64,000 bases of DNA, taken from an uncultured virus (IMG/VR IMGVR_UViG_3300026522_000029). Lineage: Duplodnaviria > Heunggongvirae > Uroviricota > Caudoviricetes. The notes under the pieces were generated by a model that was given only the letters and a program-made list of their open reading frames with translations, was not told where the DNA came from and did no database searches. The stretch lies in IMG/VR virus record IMGVR_UViG_3300026522_000029; one strand, given 5' to 3'. Each line of letters starts with the position of its first letter. The stretch's first letter is position 1. This document shows, piece after piece, positions 19,072 to 29,811 of this stretch. Both the position numbers and the translations under genes were made by a program.

Positions 19072-20307
19072 ATGTTAGATAAAAATGGCACCAGACAATT
19101 AGCATACGTTGTAGTTGTTGATTCTATTTCTCCTATTGATGGAGCAGATAGAGTAGAACTTGCCCATGTTGGTGGATGGCAGGTGATGGTTCGTAAAGGA
19201 CTTTATCATCCAGGTGATGTTGCAGTATATTTTGAAATTGATTCTAAAGTTGCTCAGACTGAGGCTTTTGAATTCCTTGCTCCTAAACATTATGCAATTA
19301 AGACTCAGAAATATTTCAAAGGCAAGGTACTTTCTCAGGGCTTATTGATGAATTCTGAAGAGCTAGGTTGGCCTGCCGCAGATAATGAGCGTGGTATTAT
19401 GCGAGACGCCGAAGGAGTGGAGCATCACTTCAATGATGGATCTCGTTTTGTCACTAAAGAGCTTGGCGTAACTTATTATGATCCAGATGATGTAAAACGC
19501 AAGTCTATGCCATCTAAAGATCCTTATAAGGTTATGGCGCAGAGAAATAGAGAGCTGTTTAAACATTTTCCATTTAGACAGTTGATGCATTATCCTTGGG
19601 GCCGTAAGTTCCTTTATATCTTTTTTGGTCATAAGAAGGCTCCTGCAACAGCTTTTCCGAAAAAGTTTGCTTGGATTAAGCCGACCGATGAAGAGAGAAT
19701 AGAGAATCTACCGACCATGTTGAATGACAAACGTGTTCTAGTCGCAACCGAGAAGCTGGATGGCACGTCTAGTACGTATATTCTAGAGCGCAAAGGGCGT
19801 CGCAAGTTTGAATTTTATGTTTGTTCTAGAAACGTAAGACAGCTTACTCCAGACCAGAAGACATTTCATCCGTATAACATCTATTGGAATATGGCTATCA
19901 AATATCATATTGAAGATCATTTAAAGCAGTATCTTAATGATAATCCGGATCTTGAGTATGTAGGACTTCAGGGTGAATCAGTTGGAAGTGTGCAGGGCAA
20001 CCCATTAAAGCTCAAAGAAGATGACTTCTATGGATTTAATTTTATTCGTTCTGACGTAGGCCGTATTTCTTCTCTTGATGGTAAGAGAATTCTTGAGTCT
20101 TGGGGAATGAAATGGGTTCCTATTGTATCTACAAATTGGGTAAATCCAGACACGATGAAAGAGATGAAGACTCTTGCAACTGGAAAATCTCTTGTGAATC
20201 CTTCAGTCTTGCGTGAGGGTCTTGTGTATCGAGACCCAAAGGACAATTCGTTCTCGTTCAAGAATGTATCTAACGAGTATCTTTGCACTAAAGATAAAAA
20301 CAAATAA
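19072..20307 (+). CDS. RNA ligase (DRB0094/Rnl2-like family)
   Basis: N-terminal PIDGADRVELA domain, motif I EKLDGTS, QGE, FYGF, EGLV, SFKNVS. Confidence 0.9.
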   Translation: MLDKNGTRQLAYVVVVDSISPIDGADRVELAHVGGWQVMVRKGLYHPGDVAVYFEIDSKVAQTEAFEFLAPKHYAIKTQKYFKGKVLSQGLLMNSEELGWPAADNERGIMRDAEGVEHHFNDGSRFVTKELGVTYYDPDDVKRKSMPSKDPYKVMAQRNRELFKHFPFRQLMHYPWGRKFLYIFFGHKKAPATAFPKKFAWIKPTDEERIENLPTMLNDKRVLVATEKLDGTSSTYILERKGRRKFEFYVCSRNVRQLTPDQKTFHPYNIYWNMAIKYHIEDHLKQYLNDNPDLEYVGLQGESVGSVQGNPLKLKEDDFYGFNFIRSDVGRISSLDGKRILESWGMKWVPIVSTNWVNPDTMKEMKTLATGKSLVNPSVLREGLVYRDPKDNSFSFKNVSNEYLCTKDKNK

Positions 20308-20460
20308 AGTATATATTTTATTTTCTATAAAATTATGGAGAGAGAAAAAGCGTGTCTCTTTCCATAATCTTTAGTTATTGAAAGATTCGTATTCCATATC
20401 TATGTATAGATGATTTGAACTTGAAACAACTAAATTCAGAGTATGCTAAATAAAGGAGAC

Positions 20461-20694
20461 ATGTCAGTTATGAAAACAATGCAGATTAAAATTCGTGGTA
20501 TCACGGATGCCGCCATGTTTGTTGAATATGCAAATGAATAGATTGGCGATATTATTGTTAAAAAAGGTAAATTTTGTGTAGATGGTAAATCAATTCTGGG
20601 CATTCTATCATTAGATATGACAAGTGGTGCAACAGTAGAATATCCAGAAGATGCAACGAACTTTGAAAATTTTATAAAGAAGTTTAAAGTATAA
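20461..20694 (+). CDS. HPr-like protein (one in-frame TAG)
   Basis: VDGKSILGILSL (HPr Ser46 region); TAG 20539; AAGGAG RBS; absent from ORF track. Confidence 0.8.
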
Positions 20695-20727
20695 AAACAT
20701 TAGAGCAGAAATTGAATAAAAAAATAA

Positions 20728-20760
20728 AGGGACGTATATTTACATATACGTCCCTTTTTT
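20728..20760. terminator. bidirectional intrinsic terminator at the convergence point
   Basis: GGGACGTATAT/ATATACGTCCC hairpin flanked by A and T tracts. Confidence 0.85.
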
Positions 20761-20835
20761 ATGTAGCCAAGTGAATATGGAGAGGCTACAGTGGAGCGAG
20801 ATCAATCGTGTTTCAAAGCTAAAAATGGTGCTTAG

Positions 20836-21333
20836 TTATTTTTCATCCTGCATTTTCAAAATCACTTCAATATTATAATCACTAATCTTTAATTTCATGT
20901 ATTCTTTTTTAGCCTCACAAATCTCTTTTGTTACATCTTTTATTAACTTTTCAAGAATTCCTTTTTCACATCCAGTTGCAGTTTTATAGTTTTCTTCGTA
21001 AAATTGTTTTGTTTGTGTCTCCCACTCTAACCACTTGTCAAAAGCAAATTTAGTTCCCTATCTAACAGTAGCTGTATCAACATCTTTTTTAATGTGTGAA
21101 TACCAGTCTTGAGGAATTATACTATCACTAGGCTTAAATTCAATAGCAGGAATGAGTTTATCCTAATTGTCCATATAGCATCTCTGCGCTTTTAATGAAC
21201 TACAAAATTCCTCCTTGGCTTGATGTGCATGAAAATCTGAAAAGCCATCTAAACTAATAAAATTATAATATTCACTTAATCTGATATGAAAGATTACACC
21301 TTTCATTATATGATCTAAAATTTGTTCTATCAT
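20836..21333 (-). CDS. helical (ferritin-like) hypothetical protein (two in-frame TAG)
   Basis: 166 codons open if TAG is sense; GGAG RBS; KWLEWETQTK; absent from ORF track. Confidence 0.7.
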
Positions 21334-21344
21334 ATCAGTTCTCC

Positions 21345-21773
21345 TTAAACAATTTTAGTTACTACTACATCAATATTACTAAATGTTGCGGCAACTCCTG
21401 TATTACGAATTGAACAAATTACTGGAGTTGAGCATACACAAGGATTATTATTTCTATTTACCTGAACAAGAGTAGAAAATGAAAGGGCGGCGGCACCGGT
21501 TGAAGTTTCTTCACTCTGTGCTTGAGGAATCACCACACCGTCTTTAATAAGGTTTACGCTAATAGTACTAGCTGTACTCGTCTCTGCTGGTGCTGCTGCT
21601 GCCGCAGGTTCAGCTACTGCGCTTAATGTCAACTGATATATACCACATTGATTAAATACTAACTCATATGAGCCAGAATTAGTAACAGTAGCCCCTTTCT
21701 TCAATGACACTATATTAAAAGGAATCAGTTCATTTTCTCCTACGGTAATATTTTTTGAATAAATTTCAATCAT
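21345..21773 (-). CDS. beta-rich hypothetical protein
   Basis: 142-aa ORF with RBS. Confidence 0.75.
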   Translation of the reverse strand: MIEIYSKNITVGENELIPFNIVSLKKGATVTNSGSYELVFNQCGIYQLTLSAVAEPAAAAAPAETSTASTISVNLIKDGVVIPQAQSEETSTGAAALSFSTLVQVNRNNNPCVCSTPVICSIRNTGVAATFSNIDVVVTKIV

Positions 21774-21868
21774 ATTTTCTCCTTTTTATATGCGGCGGCG
21801 CCAGGTCTAACCGATCGGATAAGGCTGCCGCCGCGATGTACTATATACACTCAGTATAAAAAAGTTAA

Positions 21869-22564
21869 TTAGATTCCAAGTGGAGCCGGTGCAGGACCTG
21901 GGCCTGGATAACCAAATCCAACAACTGGGCCATATCCTGCTATGTAAGAACTCTGCATTGGATACTTCACAACACCAGACATTGCGTTGCTCAACTGAAG
22001 AGCATTAATTTGATTCTGCATATCTGCCATTCTATTGGTACTAATAGCATCAAGAATCTTTTGCGTCTGAGCTGTTGTATTAGCATTAATAGAGGCTGTA
22101 TTCAAAGCGTCTTGATATCCGATACTTGCAATACCAGAAGCAATTGAAGCAGTAGATCTATCAATAGCTCCAGCGATGTTTGCACAACATGTCTGTTGTT
22201 TCTCAATAATATTCTGTTCCATTCCGGCAAGACTAGTTAGCTGATTAGAAAGAGCAGATTGAACGTCTTTCTGAACTGCGATATTGTCATATTTAGCCTG
22301 ATTTACTGCTGCAACAGTTTCATTATTCTGTCTTTCAAGAGCAGCAAAGTTAAATGCGTCATTCATTCCGGAATTTGTTACGTAACCACCATTAACTGCG
22401 GCAGCGGCTGCCAGACCATTATTACCGCCGAATCCATTTGCTCCAAAAATCATAAAAAGAAGCACGATGAACCATAGCCAGGAATTGTTACCGCCAAAAC
22501 CATCATTACTATTCTGAAGAAGAGCAACATCAGATGCGCTCAGTCCATTAGTTGTACCATCCAT
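21869..22564 (-). CDS. conserved phage membrane/coiled-coil protein
   Basis: WLWFIVLLF segment, QTCC, TQKILD motifs. Confidence 0.8.
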   Translation of the reverse strand: MDGTTNGLSASDVALLQNSNDGFGGNNSWLWFIVLLFMIFGANGFGGNNGLAAAAAVNGGYVTNSGMNDAFNFAALERQNNETVAAVNQAKYDNIAVQKDVQSALSNQLTSLAGMEQNIIEKQQTCCANIAGAIDRSTASIASGIASIGYQDALNTASINANTTAQTQKILDAISTNRMADMQNQINALQLSNAMSGVVKYPMQSSYIAGYGPVVGFGYPGPGPAPAPLGI

Positions 22565-22832
22565 TTTTACAAATCTCCTTTATTAATTGATCTGCATTAA
22601 TGCCACGCTGACTTAGCATTTGTCTCGCTAATTTCTAAGGGTCGCCGCCATTTTGGTTGACCATCTTCATAATCTGAGTGATTTTAGGATCATTATTTGC
22701 TATCATCTGTTGTAGCATTGCTTGCGGATTTTTGATAGAATTAAACATACTCAAAAAAGAGTTAATATTACTTGCTAGGCTTTGTGATTGTGTATTTCCC
22801 AGCATTTGAAGAATTGGATTGCTGTTTGTCAT
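22548..22832 (-). CDS. hypothetical protein (reads through TAG 22635)
   Basis: NPQAML...GGDP*KLARQML; TAA at 22548. Confidence 0.7.
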
Positions 22833-23115
22833 GATATTCTTTTATTTCCTCCTAAATTTTAGCAATTCTCGTTTCAAGAGAAGTAAGAGTAGATGTTTCA
22901 GTTTTATATGGGGCAATAGTATAAGGTGAAATAGTTTTATAGCCAGCCCCATCTGTTTGAATCAACCACACTAATGGCGCAGTTGTATCCAACAATAAAG
23001 CTGAACTATCTGGTGCCATCTGATAGGCTTCCGCACCATTTCTACCATTTACTCTTGTCACTTGTTGTTTTAGGGGCGGTGCCCCAAAATATGGATTAAA
23101 ATTAGGATATTGCAT
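22768..23115 (-). CDS. hypothetical protein (reads through TAG 22852)
   Basis: RVNG..GAEAY.MAPDS..LLLD...TDGAG; RIAKI*EEIK. Confidence 0.75.
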
Positions 23116-23236
23116 ATTAGCTCCTTTTTAAAATATATTTTCTTGTTTCTTACATATAATATATAAAAAAGGCTAAGTGTGTTTAATTCTAAATGTTGGA
23201 CGTAAATATAGAAATGATAATCTTTTTATACATAAA

Positions 23237-23272
23237 AAAATGGGTGTATACAAAAAATGTATACACCCAAAA
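23237..23272 (-). terminator. intrinsic terminator
   Basis: TGGGTGTATACA/TGTATACACCCA hairpin with U-tract on minus strand. Confidence 0.75.
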
Positions 23273-23282
23273 GTGAAATGAA

Positions 23283-23585
23283 TTAAACCATCGTAAGAGC
23301 AATCGCCGCAGATGGTTTAGTCATAGCGTAAAATGTAATTGTATTAGTAGAAGTATCTACTGTGGTATAATCTATACAGTTATAAGCTGTCTGTTCTGCT
23401 TTTGATGGTAATGCGGCAGAGCTACTTGCCGTATGGCAAATAACAGGAGGATGAGCTTGATTAATACCGCTAACTGTCTTCTTAGCAGTGTAATATTTTG
23501 CACCATTAATACTTGTTGTACTAGAGCTCCAATCACTTGTTGCTATTGTTAAGTTTACTGATGCAGAAGATGTGCTTTCAGCAGA
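23283..23585 (-). other. start-less reading frame encoding a second copy of the tail-fibre C-terminal domain
   Basis: NLTIATSDWSS...HPPVIC...TVDTSTNTITFYA aligns with the end of 23555..26248. Confidence 0.7.
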
Positions 23586-26248
23586 ATTAAAACAACAGTT
23601 GATTTTGGCTTTGTTGGTGCATAGAAAGTTATTTTACTACTAGAAGTATCTACAGTCACAAAGTAAATATTATCAAAAGCCATTCTCTCTTCAGCGGAAG
23701 GAAGAACTCCAGAAGCACTACTGCAAATAATAGTAGGATGAGGATTAGAAATTCCAGTTATACTTGTTGTCGAATAGGTATAATAATCAGTTCCATTTAC
23801 AGCAGTTGTATTAGAACTCCAACCACTAACTGGGATTGTAAGCTTTACTTCTTCTGTTAATGCAGAAGAAAGATTGTCTAATTTGGTCCTAACCACACCC
23901 AAATCGTCAGCATTGGTCATTTTAACCCATGGGGCATAAGTAAAACTTCCAGGTGTTGCACCGCTGTTAACACACTGAGTAAATATGTTTCCAATAACAT
24001 CGACAAAAATTCGTAATCGGTACACCCATGCACGGGTACTCTCATCATCATATGCTTCTGCTAACGGAGACAGGACGTACATCATAAATGCTTTCTTGAT
24101 TGGTATGTTTGTCATGTTGGTTGTATTTGCATTTGTTGACTGATAGTAGTTTCCAACTTTGAGATATGCTGTAGAGTTAAGATTTGCTCCGTTAGGAATT
24201 ACTGTTCCTCCCTTTGGAACCATTCTGAAAAATTCCCGATCGATAGCCTTCTTATCCGCGGCGCTCATTAGACCGTTAGACGATTGAGATGCAACGCCAT
24301 AAGTGGTATTGGTATCTTGCTGCGTAAAGGTACTGGTAGTCCCATCCAATGCCGTTGCTGTAAATGTCGTACCGTTTCGTGTGATACTTTTAATTGCTTT
24401 CGACTGATCAATGTTCGCTACGTTACCGAGACCGACCTGATCTTTTGTATGCGTATGACTAGACGGTGGATAACTGGATGGTTTACCGGTAACACCATTC
24501 CATGGAACAGATGCAGCGTATTTAACACTTTTATCTTTATCAGCCGTATTGTCAACATTTCCTAATCCGACTTGAGCTTTCGTCACTCCATGTGGATTAG
24601 ATTTATTAGCAATATGAGTGTTTATAGTGTTACTAACCGCACCCAAATCGTTCGAATTAGTCATTTTAACCCATGGGCCATAAGTAAAACTTCCAGCTGT
24701 TGTATCACTGGAAGCAAGCTGAGTAAATATAGTTCCAGTATATTCGACAAAAATTCTTAATCGGTATATATATCCCCGGGTGCTCTCATTGTCATAAGCT
24801 TCTGATAATGGAGACAGGACGTACATCATGAAAGCCCCACCGGGACAATTCTTCATGGTTTTCGTTTCTGCTGATAAAGAATTATAGTAATTACCAACCT
24901 TTAAATACTGTACGGTATTTAGATCGGCATTAGCAGGAATATAAGTTCCTCCCTTTGGAACCATTCTGAAAAATTCCCGATCGATAGCCTTCTTATCCGC
25001 AGCACTCATTAGACCGTTAGACGATTGAGATGCAAGTTGATTGTCCAAGACAAAGGCTCTACATTCTGCAAGAACGCCACTAGAATATCTTAAAATAAAA
25101 CTTTCACCACTGAATGTCATCGGACATAAAATAACAGTAGCGAATCGGTCATTATCACCACCGATACCAGTTCTATGAGGTGAATAAATGTAGTTATACC
25201 AGCCTGTGGGTATTTCAGATCCTAAACCAGATGACTTTTGTTTAATATTTACAGAACCAACACCGCCAGTAGTACCTTTTCTTAATTCGAATATATCATC
25301 AACTGTACAATCTGGAGTATTTGTACCAATCACACTTGCTGTTGTATAATATCCAGAAGGCTGTGCACCAATGTCTGAAGGTGTTGGTTTATGATTTTCA
25401 TCGTATACCGTAACCCACGGCTGCCATGTTCCAGATCTCATAGTACGAATCTGTAAGCCGCCTTGGCCTGTAACAGCAAGCTGCTCATCCCATCCTCCAT
25501 TACCCGTATTATCCCACGCAAGATCTAGCACCATAGAATCACCATGTGTAGGTTTACCCTCAGTCATACTACCGGTTGCAAGAAAATATCTTAGTTTTCC
25601 ATCTCCGAACACTTTATTCGCGCTTGTTGGTCTGTCGGCATACGTTTTAATACTATCCGCCGTGTCAGCAGACTTGACACTCTTATCTTTATCAGCCGTG
25701 TTGTCGACATTGCTGAGACCTACCTGATCTTTAGTATGTGTATGACTTGCAGGGGCGGCGCCAATTTCACTTGCACTATAACTTGGCTTTTTGGCGGCCT
25801 TGGCCCATGCGTAAACGTCACTAGCTGGTCTGGCGTTACTTAATCTACTATCACTAGTAGTTACATAGTTAGACAAATCAACATTAGAACCTAGAGCATC
25901 CCATGTTGTACCAGTCCAAGCAACATTCATGCCAGCCTTACCATAAGAACTATCATTAGTAATATTATAAACATCACCAACTACTTGTCCAGAGGTAGGA
26001 AGTTTGTCTGCTGTCACACTACCTTTATATTTATAAGTAGATGCAATAGCAGCATTAATTTTTGTATCTGTTTCTTTCTTGGTGTAAGCTCCAACATCGC
26101 CTGCACCAAGAGAAATATTACTAGATAATGCTTTTCCATTAACTGTTCTAGTATTAGGAACTGCACTGTTTGCCGCATTTCTAGCTGTAGTATCTTTTAA
26201 ATTATAAGTAGTTCCATTAGGAAGTTTTATTGCACTTATATCAGCCAT
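23555..26248 (-). CDS. tail fibre protein with a duplicated internal domain
   Basis: VGLSNVDNTAD, NPHGVTKAQVGL and NGLMSAADK repeats; two pyocin-knob-like domains. Confidence 0.85.
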   Translation of the reverse strand: MADISAIKLPNGTTYNLKDTTARNAANSAVPNTRTVNGKALSSNISLGAGDVGAYTKKETDTKINAAIASTYKYKGSVTADKLPTSGQVVGDVYNITNDSSYGKAGMNVAWTGTTWDALGSNVDLSNYVTTSDSRLSNARPASDVYAWAKAAKKPSYSASEIGAAPASHTHTKDQVGLSNVDNTADKDKSVKSADTADSIKTYADRPTSANKVFGDGKLRYFLATGSMTEGKPTHGDSMVLDLAWDNTGNGGWDEQLAVTGQGGLQIRTMRSGTWQPWVTVYDENHKPTPSDIGAQPSGYYTTASVIGTNTPDCTVDDIFELRKGTTGGVGSVNIKQKSSGLGSEIPTGWYNYIYSPHRTGIGGDNDRFATVILCPMTFSGESFILRYSSGVLAECRAFVLDNQLASQSSNGLMSAADKKAIDREFFRMVPKGGTYIPANADLNTVQYLKVGNYYNSLSAETKTMKNCPGGAFMMYVLSPLSEAYDNESTRGYIYRLRIFVEYTGTIFTQLASSDTTAGSFTYGPWVKMTNSNDLGAVSNTINTHIANKSNPHGVTKAQVGLGNVDNTADKDKSVKYAASVPWNGVTGKPSSYPPSSHTHTKDQVGLGNVANIDQSKAIKSITRNGTTFTATALDGTTSTFTQQDTNTTYGVASQSSNGLMSAADKKAIDREFFRMVPKGGTVIPNGANLNSTAYLKVGNYYQSTNANTTNMTNIPIKKAFMMYVLSPLAEAYDDESTRAWVYRLRIFVDVIGNIFTQCVNSGATPGSFTYAPWVKMTNADDLGVVRTKLDNLSSALTEEVKLTIPVSGWSSNTTAVNGTDYYTYSTTSITGISNPHPTIICSSASGVLPSAEERMAFDNIYFVTVDTSSSKITFYAPTKPKSTVVLILLKAHLLHQ
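23890..25035 (-). repeat. direct duplication of about 400 bp within the tail fibre gene
   Basis: About 23890-24295 vs 24640-25035; near-identical CCTCCCTTTGGAACCATTCTGAAAAATTCCCGATCG block. Confidence 0.85.
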
Positions 26249-26269
26249 ATTTTAACTCCCTTCTACTTA

Positions 26270-27055
26270 TTATTCTACTGTAACTGCAACGGTTTTGCCA
26301 GTGAATGTAGGCTGAGAAACAGTCCCTTTTGGAGTAAAACTACCAGTAGAGGTAGTTGCTTCTCCAGTAAATGAGCCAGTCAATTGAACCCCCGTTCCAG
26401 AGAATGAACCTGTTGCTGTTGCACTTTTAACACTAGTTGCTACAGAAGTATCCGCTCCCTTAGTAGGAAGAGCACCTGCATTCCAACCGATAGTAAGAGT
26501 TTCATCGCTGACCGATGTAGTAAGAGAAGGAAGCGTGCCAACTCCAGTAATAGAATTAACAGTAGTAGTATTCATTGTAACGGTAGGGGTAACACTCACT
26601 GAACCAGAAGGTGTATAGTTAGCTGTACCTGTACCAGTAGCAATAGATACAGAACCCTTTGGTGTGCCACTTACACTTACAGAACCTGCTTCACCTTGAA
26701 AACTAGGTTTAGAAACAGTACCACTCGCCGTTACATTGCCCGTTGCAGAATCTTTGTATGCAAGTTTTCCATGGTCACTTGTATCACCAAATTTATGCCA
26801 TACATTATCCTGTCCAACTACAAATTCTGCTGCACCACGAGTTACAAATTGGCCTGCAACAGGGGTGGTTGTTGAAGTTGCACCATTATATAATACGGTA
26901 ATCTCTGCAATAGCAGCGCCATCTGTAATAGCCGTTTGAGATTCACCGATATAGATTTTAGATGCAGACATAGCTGCAATATCGCTTCTAGCCTTAGCAT
27001 CTTTTATATTATACGTTGTGCCAGAAGGCAACGTAATTTTACTAATATCTGCCAT
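26270..27055 (-). CDS. tail fibre-associated protein
   Basis: MADISKITLPSGTTYNIKD N-terminus shared with 26248 gene; PxGxVS/FxG repeats. Confidence 0.75.
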   Translation of the reverse strand: MADISKITLPSGTTYNIKDAKARSDIAAMSASKIYIGESQTAITDGAAIAEITVLYNGATSTTTPVAGQFVTRGAAEFVVGQDNVWHKFGDTSDHGKLAYKDSATGNVTASGTVSKPSFQGEAGSVSVSGTPKGSVSIATGTGTANYTPSGSVSVTPTVTMNTTTVNSITGVGTLPSLTTSVSDETLTIGWNAGALPTKGADTSVATSVKSATATGSFSGTGVQLTGSFTGEATTSTGSFTPKGTVSQPTFTGKTVAVTVE

Positions 27056-27073
27056 AATTATTCCCTTTCTTTA

Positions 27074-27538
27074 TTAGCTAACTAATGAAAGAACTAAATT
27101 TTCATCAGTTGATTTAACATCCGCTGTGATAGCTTTATTCCATTTTGTTCGTTCTTCTGCTGTAATGTGAATATCAGTATCAGCGATATGTTTCATATAA
27201 ATAGTATCAACAAAAGGTAAATCAACTACATAAGCTAATCCATCGCCGATTTTAATGCCTGGAATATTTTTTCCATTATCGGTTTGATGGTCGGTATACA
27301 CATAGATGACATCTTTTTCACTTGTTAATGAGGTCTGTTGCGCCCATTCTGCTGTCGTAGCACTTTTTACTTTACCAGTGGTATCAGCAGTAGGATTGAT
27401 TAGAGTACGTTTCAATATTCCATCTACTAAGGCATCAATATAAAATTTTCCATCATCTGTTGTGAAATAAGCATATCCATCGTGCATATCGGTAGGAAGA
27501 TTTACGGCTTTACCTTTGAAAATTTTGAATAGACTCAA
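27074..27538 (-). CDS. tail fibre-associated protein
   Basis: KIGDG..V.DLPF and HITAEERTKWN motifs. Confidence 0.7.
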   Translation of the reverse strand: MSLFKIFKGKAVNLPTDMHDGYAYFTTDDGKFYIDALVDGILKRTLINPTADTTGKVKSATTAEWAQQTSLTSEKDVIYVYTDHQTDNGKNIPGIKIGDGLAYVVDLPFVDTIYMKHIADTDIHITAEERTKWNKAITADVKSTDENLVLSLVS

Positions 27539-27646
27539 AATATTTATCCCCCTTCATATGCGTCTCTGACTGTCCATACAAAAAGAGTGGGCGGACCGCA
27601 TTAAGCGAGCCGCGCCCCTTCTATATAATATTTAAATCAGATTAAA

Positions 27647-28984
27647 TTAAAAAGATCCCCAAGTTAAGGATTCTTCGATCAGCCTATCTGCGTACTTCTT
27701 AGCACCTGCAATTGTCTTAGATTCAGCAGTATCAGTATCTCCACCTTCGAGAGCTGTCTTAACTTTTGCCGCTGTGCCTGCGGCATCAACATCAGCGATC
27801 TTAGCACCCTGAGCAATGATACCATCTGTCTCTTTTACACCATAGATACCAACTTTTGTCGTATCCTCAGTATCAACAACTGCGGTAGCAACATCAGCAG
27901 TATCAAGAGCATTAACAGCTGCAGTAATTTTCTCATCTACAGAACCGCCTTCACCAACAGCTTTCTCTAATGCTTCAATCTTTGTATCCTGTGTAGAATC
28001 CTTACTAGCCTGTGTGGTTACAGCATCATCAATCTTTTTGAAGATACCTGTTGCGGCTTCGGTTTCTGTTTTAGCGGTACCAACGACGCCTTTAAGTGCA
28101 TTAACACCTGCCTGCGCCGCATCAGCAGCATCCTGCGCCTTCTTAGTAGCAGCTGTAAGTTCAGTTTTATCACTAGCCTGAAGTGCACTATCTGCCTTAT
28201 CCAGAGAACTCTGAACAGCAGTATCAAGTTTTGCCTTAGTAACAGTACCATCAGTCAGTTTAGCTCCGCTAATTGCTTTTACTGTTGCTGTAATTGTATG
28301 ATTAGTATCTGTCAGAGTGATTTCATCTGTATCAGCTACAGAATTATATTCAATCAGATCAGCAACATTAATATAGAATGGCGTGCCATTGGCAATTGTC
28401 ATCTTAATGAAAGAACCAGGATTACCCTCGCCATCAGTAGTTACAAGTTCGCCAGATGTAGCAACCATATCTTTAGCGATATCAATTGTACCAATTTCAA
28501 CGTCGCCCTGCTTAATTGTATATTTAGCTGTGAAAGTATCTGCTTCGCCACCAACAGCTTTTGTTACCGTGACCTTACTTGCGGTGCTTGCATTAGAAAT
28601 CTTAGTAGCAATCTCATCAAGAGCATCTTCTACATTAGTTGCGACATAATAATCACCAGCATCGGCAATACTAACATCGGCGGCCGCACCACTAGTAGCT
28701 ACATCCGCAAAAAGAAGTGCAGCTTGATAAAGGAGGTTTCTTACAGAACCATCAACTGTAGCATCGCCATCAAGCTTTTTTGTTAAATCCTGAAGAGCTT
28801 TAATATTTGTCTCATTGGTTGTAATACGCTTAATAGCCGCTTCAAGATCCTTTGCGTTGCTAATTTTTACGTCACCTAAATAGAGATTCTTTTCATCTGT
28901 TGTATAATAAAAAGTAGTTGCAACTTTTGGAGTAAGACCCTCATAGCCCGCCTGCAAGCCCTTTTTAAATAATACGTCTGCCAT
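27647..28984 (-). CDS. tail fibre/structural protein
   Basis: 445 aa, Ala/Thr-rich coiled coil, LTWGSF end. Confidence 0.75.
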   Translation of the reverse strand: MADVLFKKGLQAGYEGLTPKVATTFYYTTDEKNLYLGDVKISNAKDLEAAIKRITTNETNIKALQDLTKKLDGDATVDGSVRNLLYQAALLFADVATSGAAADVSIADAGDYYVATNVEDALDEIATKISNASTASKVTVTKAVGGEADTFTAKYTIKQGDVEIGTIDIAKDMVATSGELVTTDGEGNPGSFIKMTIANGTPFYINVADLIEYNSVADTDEITLTDTNHTITATVKAISGAKLTDGTVTKAKLDTAVQSSLDKADSALQASDKTELTAATKKAQDAADAAQAGVNALKGVVGTAKTETEAATGIFKKIDDAVTTQASKDSTQDTKIEALEKAVGEGGSVDEKITAAVNALDTADVATAVVDTEDTTKVGIYGVKETDGIIAQGAKIADVDAAGTAAKVKTALEGGDTDTAESKTIAGAKKYADRLIEESLTWGSF

Positions 28985-29007
28985 AAAATATCCCTTTCTT
29001 TAATAAA

Positions 29008-29388
29008 TTAAAACTCGTCCCATTTTTGAGACTTATCTGTTAAATCAATTTTGTCTTCTTTGACACAATTAATTCCATCATATATATGGGTGTTTAAGTA
29101 TATAATTCCATCTTCGGTAGTAAAATACTGAATTGCCTTGTACCCAGTTTTAGTATCCTTGTAGATTAAGAGATCTAGTGGTGCATCTATATAATGAACT
29201 GTATCATTTGAATCAATTTTGTAATAACCAGTTAAATTATAATGCCCCTCATTTAATTGTGACACTACTACAAAGTTACCTAATGTTTTTGTTCCTACAT
29301 TGGTTATAGGTGCATTCTGTATTTTATTATAATCCGTTGTTACACTAGAGCCAGTGCTCCCACCCCCGCCGCCATAGAATGAACCCAT
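29008..29388 (-). CDS. hypothetical structural protein
   Basis: ORF with GGAG RBS; SFYGG N-terminus shared with 37081 gene. Confidence 0.7.
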   Translation of the reverse strand: MGSFYGGGGGSTGSSVTTDYNKIQNAPITNVGTKTLGNFVVVSQLNEGHYNLTGYYKIDSNDTVHYIDAPLDLLIYKDTKTGYKAIQYFTTEDGIIYLNTHIYDGINCVKEDKIDLTDKSQKWDEF

Positions 29389-29407
29389 AGATTACACTCC
29401 CTTCTTT

Positions 29408-29695
29408 TTAATAAATGTAATCTATGATTACATCATCACCTGCGCCGTTTGGGAAAATAAGTTTTCTTACATTTACTACTTCATCTAGTTCTAATACCCC
29501 AAAATGAGATATAGTTGCTAACGTTTCATTAATCTGAACTTTTGTTCCCTCTGGAGCAATGATGCCAAGTTTATAAATTACAGGAGGAGTTGATTCGGGG
29601 GTTTGTTTATCTATTGCTCCACCCGGCGCTAATAAATCAGCACCAGCCGAAAATGGCCCAAGTACTTGCCCATATCGTCCTTGAAGTGTAGTCAT
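29408..29695 (-). CDS. hypothetical structural protein
   Basis: GGAGG RBS; resembles 34371..34682. Confidence 0.7.
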   Translation of the reverse strand: MTTLQGRYGQVLGPFSAGADLLAPGGAIDKQTPESTPPVIYKLGIIAPEGTKVQINETLATISHFGVLELDEVVNVRKLIFPNGAGDDVIIDYIY

Positions 29696-29811
29696 TTTAT
29701 ATTTTCCTCCTAGAAAAATAAAAGATAATATTCCTTAAACCCATCTTTTTGTTTTTAAAAACGACTCTATACGCTTGACTAAACTTGTCCAAAAAGAAAA
29801 GGGGCGACGCA

